Part shown: positions 12,141 through 24,527 of the stretch, one piece after another
Layout of the letters: each line of letters begins with the position of its first letter
Position numbering within the stretch: the stretch's first letter is position 1
Assembly (NCBI GenBank): GCA_038087875.1
Contig: JAXLNO010002757.1
Span: 248,001 to 312,000 of the forward strand
Source: Malacoraja senta
Lineage: Eukaryota
Direction: 5' to 3'
DNA: 64,000 nucleotides
Notes under the pieces: generated by a model
What the model saw: only the letters and a program-made list of their open reading frames with translations
What the model was told of the DNA's origin: nothing
Database searches by the model: none
Made by a program: the position numbers and the translations under genes

Positions 12141-12894
12141 ACAGTTGCATTCTATCCAATTGGATGAGATAACAACATACATATATTTGATCAAGTCAAC
12201 TCAAGTACTCTAGGTAGAGCAAAGGGGAATGTACAGAGTGTGGCATGCAGTTCTCAGCAATGTAGCACAACAGTTCCATTAGATAAGTGTTTCGACACGA
12301 AACGTGACACATTCCTTCTCTCCAGAGATGCTGCCTGACCCATTGAGTTACTCTAGCATTTTGTGTCTATCTGCGGTTTAAACCAGCATCTACAGTTCCT
12401 TCCTACATAGTTCCATAAACAAAGTCCACTCTCTGTAATGGGGTAGTGGTCAATTGGACAGTACCCTAGCTTATGGAACGATCATTCAGAAGCCTGATCT
12501 TCTCCACGGTTATCAAGTTTCCGAGTAAGCCATTTGGTCCTCTAACCTGCCCACCATTCAATATGACCATGGCTGACGTTCCTCAGGCATCAACTCCTGT
12601 TCGATGTCAGTTCCTCATTGCACTCAGTTCTCCAATTTAAGTTAAAATTAAGTTAACTACCGCCACATTAAATGCTTCCAATGATTTTATCTTCACAAAT
12701 CTCTGGCGCCAGAGAATGACAACACTCTGCAAAAAGAGATTTTGTAAACAAATGACTGGTCTCTTTTATCTCTTATTGAAGAGGAGTGAAAATACTGCCA
12801 ATTTTAAGCTTGTCCCCTCCCCAATTGGCCCTCATTTCGTAACTTGTCAATTATTTATTATTGTCAATAATATGCCCTAGTGAAAAGATTTGCC

Positions 12895-13290
12895 GTTGGT
12901 ATTAGTTTATTATTGTCACGTGAACTGAGATATAGTCAAAGGTTTGTCTGTGTGTTATCCAATCAGATCATACTACACATGTGCAATCAAGCCATCCACA
13001 AGTAGCACAGTGCAAAGAAAAAAATACTCAGAGTGCAGAATATCGGGTTACAATATCATAGCATTACAGTTACAGAGAAAGTGCAGATCAAAAAGAGTTG
13101 CAAGGATCACAATGAGATTGGTTGGAAGATCAGGGCAACATCTTATCTTACATGAGAATCATTCAGTAGTCCAATAACAGTGGGGAAGTAGCTGCTCCTG
13201 AATTTAATGGTACGTGCTTTCAAACTTTCTTGTGTACTGTCTTAACAGGGAGCGTACGATCCCTTTTAAACCACGTGGTTGGTTGATGGT
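12895..13290 (-). mobile_element. Rex1/L2-like LINE 3' remnant
   Basis: tttattattgtcacgtgaactgag... tail shared with 11848-11880 and 49485-49560; antisense to the 14035-14640 family. Confidence 0.45.
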
Positions 13291-13419
13291 GACGAAAGAG
13301 GCAAAATGGGGCAGATGTGGACAGTAACTTGGTTGTTGTAGTAGACTGAAGAATATTTTGTGGTGGGTGACTGTGCAAGTTTTACTGAAGATGAAAATAA
13401 CCATCTTACTGTCTTGTAG

Positions 13420-13686
13420 TTTCCCCTGAGGTATCTCTCGCTGCCCGCCCTGATGATCATTCAGTCCTGTACTGCACTGTGTTTGGATTTTACCCACCGG
13501 CCATCAATGTCAGCTGGTTGCAGAATGGTCAACATGTCTCTGAGACCAAATCTTCTGGGGTCATACCCAACAACGATGGAACATATCATCTAAGGTCTGT
13601 CCTTGAGTATGATCCGTATGATGGGAAACAGTATTCCTGTCATGTCGATCACAGCAGCCTGCCCGGTGGGAAGATCATCATCTGGG
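13420..13686 (+). CDS. Ig C1-set domain exon of an MHC class I-like molecule (alpha3-like)
   Basis: Acceptor gtcttgtag|, donor g|gtaaga, 267 nt, phase 1-1. Translates (V)SPEVSLAARPDDHSVLYCTVFGFYPPAINVSWLQNGQHVSETKSSGVIPNNDGTYHLRSVLEYDPYDGKQYSCHVDHSSLPGGKIIIW, with C..GFYP, W, PN.DGTY and YSC.V.H.SL motifs. Confidence 0.9.
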
Positions 13687-14034
13687 GTAAGAACATTAAA
13701 TATTCTTTCATAGATAATCATTATCTTCTGTTGTTTCCATTTTAATCATCGTGAATACATCCCATATTCCAAGATGCTTAAACTTTCTTTGTTTAGTGGT
13801 GTTGCTCTAAGTAATCACGTAATCAGCACCCACTCTCCACATGAGCAGAAGACTTTATCAACAGAAAATTTATCAAAAGTAAATAAATAACTAATATACA
13901 AGGAAGGAGTATTTGAGATTCTCAGTGGTGGAACTGAAATCCATGAAAGGTATGTTTAAATAAAAAATGAATCTTTCCTCGTGATGTGATTAACAGCAAG
14001 GCACTGGGGGAGTACATGCCCCAATCTGAATCAA

Positions 14035-14640
14035 TGGTCCGAAGTGGAAATGATTGAGAGCTTCATGTTCCTTGGCATGAATATATCCAATATTCGGTCA
14101 TGGACTGGCCACATAGCCAAGGGGGCACACCAACACCTCTACTTCCTCAGGAGACTGAGAATATTCATCATGTCTCTGGTGACTCTAGCAAACATCTATA
14201 GATGCTGCTAGAGAAAGCATGTTGTTGGGTTGCATCACATCTTGATTTGGGAACTGCACTGCCCAAGACTGCAAGAATATACAAAGAATTAAAGATCATC
14301 ACACAGGCCAGACTTCCCACTATTGATTCCGTCTACACCAGGTTGCCTTGGAAAACGAGACTTATCCCACCCCGGTCATTCCTCCTTCCTGCTCCCATCA
14401 GGCAATAGGTACAGAAAGTTGAAAGTATACACTGCCAGACTCAGGAACACCCCCTTTCCATCTGTTAACAGGCTTCGGAAGGGTCCTTCCATAATGTAGG
14501 TTTAATGCCCGATTTACCTCAACATCATTGCACATTGAACATTGTCTATGGAACTGATGTGTTACAATGCTGAGAACGATATTCTGTACTCTGTATCCTC
14601 GTCTTTGCTCTATCTATTGTTTTTGAGTTTGTATTTATGT
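14035..14640 (+). mobile_element. Rex1/Babar-like LINE RT 3' remnant
   Basis: gagagcttcatgttccttggc...caacacctctacttcctcaggagactgaga encodes ESF.FLG...H.RLYFLRRLR-like sequence; degraded. Confidence 0.6.
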
Positions 14641-15582
14641 ATAGTTTTATAATTTGTTTGGATAGCATACAAAACAAACCTTTGCTCTGTATTTTGAAAC
14701 ATCTGGCATTAATAAAACTAAACCTAATGAAGTAAGTTCCATGACGCAAGTTACAGCTTCTGCAACAACAAATATAGCTGCCTGACAAACAGCGATCGTA
14801 CTAGTTTGATTCCAGGTATGCTGCACTAACCTACACAAATGCTCACTTTTGAAGATCCCCTCGAACAATGCACAACTAAGGAATCTGATGTTTCACTCTG
14901 AAGACTGTTGACATACTCCAGAACTTAATTTCCAACCTATCTATGTATCATCAGCAATCTAGGCTACAGCGCCATCAGTCCCTTCATCTGCTCTTAATAC
15001 CAACGATAAGTAGTTCACTTTCTTGCATTGATTCCCAACCTGCAGTTGTAGTTTCCCAACCTGAACACTCCTTTAAGACAACTCTCTGCTTGCTCTTAAT
15101 TGTTTTTTCCATTCATGCTAATTATTACCTCCAATGCCATAAGCCTTTGCATCACTTGATTGATATCTTATGAAAATCCAGATATTGTGGTGACATCTGG
15201 TGGTCAGGCCACTTATTGCTAGAACCCTCGTCAGGGGAGCTGGGACTATCACATGACAGGGTTTTGATGGGAGTTGGTGATGAATCAGTCGCCAGTCAAC
15301 TGGTGTGCCCGATTACAACGGCAGGAACTTTGCTCAAGTCCTTACTAAACGCGAGTGTGCCAAAACTGTATTTCTTTAAAAAACATTGATTTGTTCATGA
15401 CGTTTGGATCTCTACAATATATTGTATTTCTTTTGTTTCTCATTCCAATTTTGTTACCTATTCTGCTTTTCCATCATTTTGTTTTTGAATTTTAGACTGT
15501 GCACACCTGCTGCTCGAATATACATTGTCTACGGGTTCCTGTTGCATTTTCAAAGAATTCTAATCAATTTCTCAAACAAAGT

Positions 15583-15790
15583 TTGAAGAAGGGTCCCAAA
15601 ACGAAACGTCACCTGACCATGTGTAAGAAGAAACTGCAAATGCAGGTTTACACCGAAGATGGACACAAATTGCTGGAAAAACTCAGCTGGTCAGCCAGCA
15701 TCTCTGGAGAAAAGGAATAGGTGATGAATCCATGTTCGCCAGAGATGCTGCCTGTTCCGCTGAGTTACTCCAGCATTTTGTGTCTATTAT
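15583..15790. repeat. Penelope-associated terminal repeat pieces, including an inverted pair and a hammerhead-like motif
   Basis: ttgaagaagggtcccaaaacgaaacgtcacc at 15583-15613; 15657-15715 is an imperfect inverted repeat of 15738-15790 (gctgga..aactcagc / gctgagttactccagc). Confidence 0.6.
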
Positions 15791-16194
15791 GTATATTCTT
15801 TCCACTGACTGGTTAGCATGAAACAAAAGCTTTTCACTTTACCTCAATACATGTGACAATAAACTAAACTAAAGCTTTTGTGTAAATCAGTATCTGCACC
15901 TCTTTCTTTCTACAATTTTCCTGTTAATGCCCTGATAATGCACTTTATTGTTTTGTTATTACTTAAATGTTCTGCCATTATTGAAAGGAATCCAGCATTT
16001 TCCCCAAAACAAATGTTAGTTTATATAGGGTTAAAGCTTTCTGCTTTCAATTCACCTTCTTTCATGAATTAAGTTGTGGCTGTGATGGTGCCATAGATCA
16101 TAGAGTTGTACAGAACATATATTGTCCCTTTGCCATGCTGCAGAACTCCGTGATTCAAAACACCATATCATCTTATATACCTTGAAAAGCGCCA

Positions 16195-16298
16195 AAGATA
16201 GACACAAAATGCTGGAGTAACTCAGCGGTCAGGTAGCATCTCTGGAGAAAAGGAATAGGTGCCATTTCGGGTCGAGACCCTTCTTCACTCTTCAGACA
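16195..16298 (-). repeat. Penelope-associated terminal repeat with degenerate hammerhead-like core
   Basis: Reverse complement reads gtctgaagagtgaagaagggtctcgacccgaaatggcacctattccttttctccagagatgct. Confidence 0.6.
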
Positions 16299-16364
16299 GT
16301 GCCCATCTATTTAGCTGCACAGCTTAACAATTGATTTGTAAAATTATGCATTCTTATTTTTCAG

Positions 16365-16472
16365 AAGGAAATAGGAAGAAAGACAGGCACATAGGCCTTA
16401 TTGCCGTGTGTGTGCTGATATTGCTGGCTATTGTCTTGGCAGTAATTGTTTGGTGGAGAAAAAAGAGGAGAG
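16365..16472 (+). CDS. Connecting peptide/transmembrane exon of the MHC class I-like gene
   Basis: Acceptor ttcttatttttcag|, donor g|gtaaga, 108 nt, phase 1-1, compatible with the Ig exon. Translates (E)GNRKKDRHIGLIAVCVLILLAIVLAVIVWWRKKRR: a hydrophobic helix with a basic stop-transfer signal. Confidence 0.88.
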
Positions 16473-16724
16473 GTAAGATGGAAACATTGTGATGCACTGT
16501 TGCTAGTAAAGGTATTTGGCTTGAAGAAATGATCGATCTCAAGTAGGATAAGGCAGCAGCTACACCTGAAATGCCTCGACAATCACCACTGTCAACTAGC
16601 CTTTGTGCTGTTGTTAAATGATTCTGATAATTAGATATTTAAAAATTGTGAATTCAGTGTAAAAAAATGTTATAGATTATGGATTCACTGCCCCAAATCC
16701 TAGAAATATCAATGAGTCATTAAA

Positions 16725-17040
16725 AAGTACAGCATGGAAGCAGTCCTTTCGGCCCACTGTGTCCATGCCAACCACCAACCACCTGTTCTCATGAATTCTA
16801 TCTCATTGCACCTTCTCATCCAGTCACCCACCCACTAGGGGCAATTTACAGTGGCCAATTAAACTATAAACTGACACATCTTAGGGTGTGTGAGGAAACC
16901 GGAGCCCCTGGAGGGATCCAATGCGGTACACGGAGAACGTGCAAACTCCACATAGATGGCACTCAAGGTCAAAATTGAACCCGGGTCTGTGTCGCTGTGA
17001 GGCAGCAGCTCTACGAGTTGTGACACTGTGCTGCTCTGTT
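16725..17040 (-). mobile_element. V-SINE/HE1-like SINE
   Basis: Antisense head (gtagagctgctgcctcacagcgacacagacccgggttca) and core gagtttgcacgttctcc. Confidence 0.75.
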
Positions 17041-17109
17041 GGGGGCTCGCACTGTTCATGATCCAAGTCAGCTATGAGGCAGATTGGTTGCAGTTTAACA
17101 TTTACTAGT

Positions 17110-17402
17110 TTTGTTTAGTTTAATTTAGAGATACAGTGACGAAACAGGTCCTTAGGCCCACCGAGTCTGCGCTAACCAGCGATCCCCGCACATTAACACT
17201 ATCCTATACACACACACCATGCCAATTAACCTACATACCTGTACGTCTTTGGAGTGTGGGAGGAAACCTTAGATCTTGGAGAAAACACCCGCGGTCACGG
17301 GGAGAACGTACAAACTCTGTACAGACAGCATCAGTAGTCGGGATCGAACCCGGGTCTCCGGTGCTGCAAGCACTGTAAGGCAGCAACTCTACCGCTGCAC
17401 AC
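17110..17402 (-). mobile_element. V-SINE/HE1-like SINE, well preserved
   Basis: Antisense gcagcggtagagttgctgccttacag...gagacccgggttcgatcccgactactg, with a (ctaaa)n-like tail near 17110. Confidence 0.8.
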
Positions 17403-17584
17403 AGTAGCTTCCACACCAAGGCCGCTGTTGCTGGAAAACTCAAAATTAAGTGGGAACGTGAGTAGTGGGAGAAATGATTCAAGGTGGAAAGCCGAATGAA
17501 TGAGCAACAACATGACAGGTGGACTACAATGTGAAACAGGGCAGCACAGAGTCAGAGACCTGAATTAAATACCGACATCGGCTG

Positions 17585-17825
17585 ATGTATCTGTAGAGTT
17601 TGCATGTTGTTCCAGTGACCATGTGGGTTTCCCCAGCTGCTCTGGTTTCCTCCCACATCCCCAAAACATTCTTTGGTAGGTTAGTTGTCCCCTACATTGT
17701 GCATGATACAATGTGGGGAGAGCTGATGAGAATGTGGGACAAATATAGGATTAGTGTACATGAATGGTTGGTGCAGGTCAGTGGGACAAAGGCCATGTTT
17801 GTATGCTGCATATTTCCATGACTCT
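17585..17825 (+). mobile_element. V-SINE/HE1-like SINE, 5'-truncated
   Basis: gtagagtttgcatgttgttccagtgaccatgtgggtttcc core. Confidence 0.6.
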
Positions 17826-18319
17826 TTATGATGTAGAAAGATGCTGACTATTTTTGATTTATAAGATTGGGAAAGACTGTGAGGGACAGTGCTATAGTAA
17901 CTCAGCAGGTCAGGCAACATCCCTGGAGACCATGGATAGGTGACAATCTGGTTCGAGACTCTTCAGGCAAATTACAACGGGTATTCCTCCGCTTAAGTCT
18001 GATAGTAGTGTACAGATGCACCTCAACCACTGACTTGCTCAACAAGTGCTTAACTTAGTCGAATTAAAGTATGTTTGGAGTAACATGCAGCAGTCCTTAA
18101 AATCTACCATTTCCCAAATCCCAAGAGAGCTGGATGATCAGCGTTTTAGTGTAAATTCAGTCATCCATATCACTGGTTTCTTGCCTGTGATCACACTGTT
18201 GTAAGATATATTCTGGTGATGAATTGCAGTTCACTTTCCTCCTGTGTAAAGGAGTTATTGTGTTGAATATAACAAGTGGAAGGGAAAGTCAGTGTAGGAT
18301 TTAGAGTTTGTACGTAAAG

Positions 18320-18608
18320 CAGCATGGTAGTGCAGCTGGTAGAACTGCTGTCTCGCAACGCCAGAGACCCAGGTTCAATCTGGACCTCGGGTACTGTCTA
18401 CGTGGAGTTTGCACATTCTCTTGTGACTATGTGGGCTTCCTCAGGGAGCTCCAGTTTCCTCCCATATCCCAAAGATGAGCAGGTGTGCAGGTAATCATCC
18501 TCGGTAAGTCACCCTGATAGTGTAGGGGTGGATGGGAAATCTATTATGAATGGGTGATTGCTGGTTAGTATGGATTTGGTGGCACAAATGGCCTGTTTAC
18601 ACACTGTA
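18320..18608 (+). mobile_element. V-SINE/HE1-like SINE
   Basis: ggtagtgcagctggtagaactgctgtctcgcaacgccagagacccaggttcaatc head plus core. Confidence 0.75.
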
Positions 18609-18792
18609 TCACTGTTTTCAAGAGAGAGTTAGATTTAGCTCTTAGGGCTAAGGGAGTCAAGGGATATGGGGAAAAAGCCAGATCGGAGTATTAATTTTGG
18701 ATGATCAGCCATGATTGTATTGAATGGCGGTGCTGGCTCAAAGGGCCGAATAGCCTATTCCTGCACCTATTTTTTATGTTTCTATCTTTCTA
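18609..18792 (+). mobile_element. CR1 LINE 3' tail fragment
   Basis: ttttcaagagagagttagatttagctctt...ctgcacctattttttatgtttctatctttct matches 24355-24527. Confidence 0.8.
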
Positions 18793-19329
18793 TTAAATAA
18801 ACTGAATTGGAAGACAGAATGTATTGACTGATGCATCTTCACGCCAGTTGTAAATGTCATAAACTGCGAGAATTGATTGCAAATGTTATACAATATTATA
18901 AACTAAACTGGGTGATCAAAATGACAAGATGGATGAAGAGCAGAGTTTTCATTGAAATAACAGACGTGCTGCTTTCTCGAGCACTTGGCCTTGGTTGTGT
19001 AATATTTCCTCTTCAAAATACAATGTTCCCTGGCATTGCTGGTCTGAGACACCACTCAGCAAGTATATTTCCTGAAACGGAGGTTCTGCTTTCATGGTAT
19101 CAAGATGTCTAGCAGCTCCAGCACCCAGATCAGAACCTTGCCAAAACTAAGAATGCAGCAACAAATTAGTCATTGAACATCAACGACATGCATATTTGAA
19201 CTGAGGCAATGGTTAGCTTATTATCACTGTAAACCAGTCGTGGTCATGGGTCTGCCATTGTGGTCACTATTAGTGAGGGTGATTAACTATCATTTAGCAG
19301 TGAAACGGAAAAGAATTGGCTTTTCAAGC

Positions 19330-19874
19330 CCACGGAGCCATAGAGTCATACGGCATGGAAATGGGCCCTTTGCCTCAACTTGGCCATGCCAACCAAGATG
19401 CCATGTTTAAACTACAATTTTCCTGCAATTGACCCATATCTCACTGAACCTTTCCTATCTACAGCATGTACCTGTCCAAGTGTGTTCTAAATGTTTTTTT
19501 AATACCTGCCTCAACTCCTTCCCCTGGAATGTTCTTCCATATTTCCACTTCCTCTGGTTCCGAGTAACTCGTTTCCTTCTCACCTTAAACCTAAGTCCTC
19601 TGGTTCTTGATTACATAAGGCTGGTTAAAAGATTCTGTGCATTCAATCTATCTATGCTCCTTGATTTTATAAACTTCTATAAGATCACCCCTCAGCCTCT
19701 TGCGTGCCAAGGACTAAAGTCCAAGCATTCTCATCCTCTCCCTGAATCACAGGCCCTGTTAATGACATCCTTCCGATAGTGGAGTGACCAAACCTTAACA
19801 CAATACTCCAAATGTGACCTCACCAACATCTTGTACAACTGTAGCAGAACATCCCAACTTTTTTATTCAGTACC
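19330..19874 (-). mobile_element. Degraded CR1-type LINE 3' fragment
   Basis: caatactccaaatgtgacctcaccaacatcttgtacaactgtagcagaacatccc is antisense to the LYK.LVR.HLEYC region. Confidence 0.65.
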
Positions 19875-22650
19875 TTTCTTTTAAAATCTTTTTATTGTTT
19901 TTTTTCCAAAAAACAAAAACAAAAATAAAACATAAAAAACAGAGCAAAAAGAATAATGATAAATATAACAATGGTATTGATACATAGGGAGCCGGATTAA
20001 ACACATTAATAACAGGTATAACCTAATATGAGACCAGTGTCAAAATACACAATGAATATAGACCTCCCGGTCTCTATGTAAATATAGTTCAATCTTTAAA
20101 AGGAAACATAAATGTAAAAAAAAAGCAAAGATAAAAAGACAAAAAGAAAAAGAAAAAACAAAACCCCCCTAAACTAAAAAAAATAAAAAAATTGATAATA
20201 ATAAAATAAGAATAAAAATAAAATAAATAAATAAAACAAAACAGAGCAAAACCGAATCTGAACTGAGAAATTCAACAATTTAAGTCTGTTTGTCGTCAAG
20301 TCCGTTCCACCCTATGAAGGTAAAATAATTTTTTTAAAGGTTAAAGAGGGAACAATTTATGTTGTATGAAAGTGTTCAGTAAATTTTCCCCAAGTCTTAT
20401 CAAATTTAACCAAGGGTTCAACAATGTCACTTCTGATTTTTTCTAAATTTAAACATGATATCGTTTCAGAATACCACTGGAGTGTGGTCGGAGGGTTGGA
20501 ATCTTTCCATTTAAAGAAAATAAATCTTTTGGCAATTAATGTGGTAAAAGCAATCAACCGATGGGCGGAGTGGGACAAATGAATAGGATCTAACATTGGT
20601 AACCCAAAAATTGCAGTAATAGAATGAGGTTGTAAATCTATACCTAAGACTACCGAAATAGTATCAAAAATTTCTTTCCAATATATTTCCAAAAGACGGC
20701 AGGACCAAAACATATGGGTCAGTGATGCCTCTTCAGAGTTACATCTGTCACAGGTAGGATTTATATAACCATAAAAACGAGCTAACTTATCTTTTGACAT
20801 ATGAGCTCTGTGAACCACCTTGAATTGTATCAAAGCGTGTCTTGCACACATTGAAGAGGTATTAACTAATTGAAGGATCCTCTCCCATTTCTCTATAGAT
20901 AAAGAAATTTGGAGTTCTCTTTCCCAGTCATTCTTAATTTTATCAAATGTATCTATTTGTAATTTTAAAATCAACTCATGAATAGTCGTTATTAATCTTT
21001 TCTGATAAGGGTTCAACTGTAAAAAAAAATCCAAAATTTCGGGTTGATGTGGTAGCGGAAAAAGGGGTCGTTCCTTTTGTCTAATTTGTAAATATCTAAG
21101 AAAGTGTGAATTAGGTAAGTTATATTTATTGGAGAGTTGTTCCAAAGACATAAAACAACCTTCCAAAAACAAATCACGAAAAGCTACTAATCCCTTCCTC
21201 TTCCATAACAAAACAACTTGATCAGTACTAGATGGTTGGAAGAAAAAATTGGATAAAATCAGATAGTCCAAAAAACGTATGAAATTGAAACCGTATTCGG
21301 AACGTATGTCTTATTATTGGGTTCATCATATATTTATTCAATCTCGTAATTGTAAAAGGTAACGAGGTCCCTAGAATAGAAGCCAATTATAGCCCTTATA
21401 GCCCTTCTAGGTTTATCCATCCAGGGCATTGGGTATCTTCTAAATCTTTTGTCCAAAATGTTAAATAATGAACATTGACTGCCCAATAGTAGAGTATAAG
21501 TGTTAAAGAAGGAACTGCAGATGCTGGAAAATCGAAGTAGAGTATAAGGTTCGGCAATGCCAAACCACCAACTTTTTTTGATTTCTGTAGGTATTTTTTA
21601 CCTAGTCTGGGATTTTTATTCTGCCATATATATGAAGAAATTTTAGAGTCTATAATATCAAAGAAAGATTTGGCAATAAAAATTGGTATCGTCTGAAATA
21701 AATACAGAAATTTAGGTAAAATGAACATTTTAATAGCATTGATTCGGCCAATTAAGGATAAGGACATTGGTGACCATTTAGTGAACTGATGTTCAATATG
21801 GTCAATTGAAGGAATAAAATTAACTTTAAATAAATCCTTCTGTTTCTTGGTGATCTTAATACCTAAATAAGTAAGAACGTTCGGTAGTCAATCTAAATGG
21901 AAACTATCCATAACTCGAAACAAAATTATTTAATGGGAAAGCTCACTTTTACTAAGATTTAGTTTATAACCAGAAAAACTACTGAATTGATTAAGTAATG
22001 CTACTATTGCCGGAATAGATTTCTCAGGGTTAGAAATAAATAATAACAGATCATCTGCATAAAGAGATAGCTTATGTGTCTTATTCCCGCGGACAATACC
22101 AAAAATATTAGGGGATTCCCTAATAGCAGTGGCTAAAGTTTCCAAAGCAATTTCAAATAGTAAAGGACTTAAGGGACAGCCCTGTCTAGTACCTCGAAAG
22201 AGCCTGAAAAAAGGGGATCTCTGATTATTAGTAAATACAGAAGCCTGAGGTATAAGATACATCAGTTTGATCCAAGAGATAAATTTTGGACCAATCTTAA
22301 CTTTTTCAAGTATATTGAATAAGTATTCCATTCTACTCTATCAATAGCCTTCTCGGCATCAAGTGAGATGACACATTCTGGGGTTTTATTAGACGCTGTA
22401 TATACAATATTTATTAATCTCCTAACATTAAAGAATGAGTAACGATTTTTAATAAAACCTGTCTGATCTTCAGAGATAATTTGCGGTAAATTCTTTTCCA
22501 ATCTCTTAGCTAATATTTTGGAAAGAATTTTCAAATCTACATTTAACATTGATATAGGTCTATATGATGTCACTTCAGTAGGGTCTTTATCTTTTTTTTA
22601 AATTAAAGAAATAGAAGCTTCATAAACTAGGGAACATAAGGAAGCAATAG

Positions 22651-24527
22651 AAGCTAGCGAACATAAAAACTGACTGCAAAAGTTTTTATAGATATGTGAA
22701 GAGAAAGAGATTAGTTAAAACAAATGTAGGTCCCTTGCAGTCAGAAACAGGTGAATTGATCATGGGGAACAAGGATATGGCGGACCAATTGAACAACTAC
22801 TTTGGTTCCGTCTTCACTAAGGAAGACATAAATAATCTGCCGGAAATAGCAGGGGGCCGCGGGTCAAAGGAGATGGAGGAACTGAGTGAAATCCAGGTTA
22901 GTCGGGAAGTGGTGTTGGGTAAATTGAATGGATTAAAGGCCGATAAATCACCAGGGCCAGATAGGCTGCATCCCAGAGTATTTAAGGAAGTAGCTCCAGA
23001 AATAGTGGATGCATTAGTGATAATTTTTCAAAACTCTTTAGATTCTGGAGTAGTTCCTGAGGATTGGAGGGTAGCAAACGTAAACCAAATTTTTAAGAAG
23101 GGAGGGAGAGAGAAAACGGGGAATTACAGACCAGTTAGTCTAACATCGGTAGTGGGGAAACTGCTAGAGTCAGTTATTAAAGATGGGATAGCAGCACATT
23201 TGGAAAGTGGTGAAATCATTGGACAAAGTCAGCATGGATTTACGAAAGGTAAATCGTGTCTGACGAATCTTATAGAATTTTTCGAGGATGTAACTAGTAG
23301 AGTGGATAGGGGAGAACCAGTGGATGTGTTGTATCTGGACTTTCAGAAGGCTTTCGACAAGGTACCACATAAGAGATTAGGATACAAACTTAAATCACAC
23401 GGTATTGGTGGTTCAGTATTGATGTGGATAGAGAACTGGCTGGCAAACAGGAAGCAAAGAGTAGGAGTAAACGGGTCCTTTTCACAATGGCAGGCAGTGA
23501 CTATTGGGGTACCGCAAGGCTTAGTGCTGGGACCCCAGCTATTTACAATTTATATTAATGATCTGGACGAGGGAATTGAAAGCAACATCTCCAAGTTTGC
23601 GGATGACACTAAGCTGGGGGGCACTGTTAGCTGTGAGGAGGATGCTAGGAGACTGCAAGGTGACTTGGATAGGCTGGGTGAGTGGGCAAATGTTTGGCAG
23701 ATGCAGTATAATGTGGATAAATGTGAGGTTATCCACTTTGGTGGCAAAAACGGGAAGGCAGACTATTATCTAAATGGTGGCCGATTAGGAAATGGGGAGA
23801 TGCAGCGAGACCTGGGTGTCATGGTACACCAGTCATTGAAAGTAGGCATGCAGGTGCAGCAGGCAGTGAAGAAAGCGAATGGTATGTTGGCCTTCATAGC
23901 AAGAGGATTTGAGTATAGGAGCAGGGAGGTTCTACTGCAGTTGTACAGGGTCTTGGTGAGACCACACCTGGAATATTGCGTGCAGTTTTGGTCTCCAAAT
24001 CTGAGGAAGGACATTATAGCCATAGAGGGAGTGCAGAGAAGGTTCACCAGACTGATTCCTGGGATGTCAGGACTTTCATATGAAGAAAGACTGGATAGAC
24101 TTGGCTTATACTCGCTAGAATTTAGGAGATTGAGAGGGGATCTTATAGAAACGTACAAAATTCTTATGGGGTTGGACAGGCTAGATGCAGGAAGATTGTT
24201 CCCGATGTTGGGGAAGTCCAGGACAAGGGGTCACAGCTTAAGGATAAGGGGGAAATCCTTTAAGACCGAGATGTGGAAAAACGTTTTCACACAGAGAGTG
24301 GTGAATCTCTGGAGCTCTCTGCCACAGAGGGTAGTTGAGGCCAGTTCATTGGCTATATTTAAGAGGGAGTTAGATGTGGCCCTTGTGGCTAAAGGGATCA
24401 GGGGGTATGGAGAGAAGGCAGGTATGGGATACTGAGTTGGATGATCAGCCATGATCATATTGAATGGCGGTGCAGGCTTGAAGGGCCGAATGGCCTACTC
24501 CTGCACCTATTTTCTATGTATCTATGT
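22651..24527 (+). mobile_element. 5'-truncated CR1/HER1-like LINE inserted into L1
   Basis: Flanks rejoin as L1 (...gaagcttcata/aaaagattgtgg..., minus strand LPQSFYEASISLI); 3' tail ctattttctatgtatctatgt. Confidence 0.95.
22696..24435 (+). CDS. CR1 LINE reverse transcriptase (uninterrupted 579-aa frame, 5'-truncated ORF2)
   Basis: NYRPVSLTS, YLDFQKAFDKV, GVPQG.VLGP, FADD and C-terminal TRGH motifs. Confidence 0.95.
   Translation: MKRKRLVKTNVGPLQSETGELIMGNKDMADQLNNYFGSVFTKEDINNLPEIAGGRGSKEMEELSEIQVSREVVLGKLNGLKADKSPGPDRLHPRVFKEVAPEIVDALVIIFQNSLDSGVVPEDWRVANVNQIFKKGGREKTGNYRPVSLTSVVGKLLESVIKDGIAAHLESGEIIGQSQHGFTKGKSCLTNLIEFFEDVTSRVDRGEPVDVLYLDFQKAFDKVPHKRLGYKLKSHGIGGSVLMWIENWLANRKQRVGVNGSFSQWQAVTIGVPQGLVLGPQLFTIYINDLDEGIESNISKFADDTKLGGTVSCEEDARRLQGDLDRLGEWANVWQMQYNVDKCEVIHFGGKNGKADYYLNGGRLGNGEMQRDLGVMVHQSLKVGMQVQQAVKKANGMLAFIARGFEYRSREVLLQLYRVLVRPHLEYCVQFWSPNLRKDIIAIEGVQRRFTRLIPGMSGLSYEERLDRLGLYSLEFRRLRGDLIETYKILMGLDRLDAGRLFPMLGKSRTRGHSLRIRGKSFKTEMWKNVFTQRVVNLWSSLPQRVVEASSLAIFKRELDVALVAKGIRGYGEKAGMGY

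Noticed and set aside
13420-16472. MHC class II beta or W-category chain
   Set aside because: LEYDP..G resembles class II beta2, but NDGTY and a TM lacking the Gly-repeat pattern fit class I-like better; not fully excluded without the groove exons.
17515-17575. Alternative cytoplasmic exon (VDYNVKQGSTESET* or GLQCETGQ...)
   Set aside because: The acceptor lacks a pyrimidine tract and the Tyr-containing frame is the wrong phase for the TM exon.
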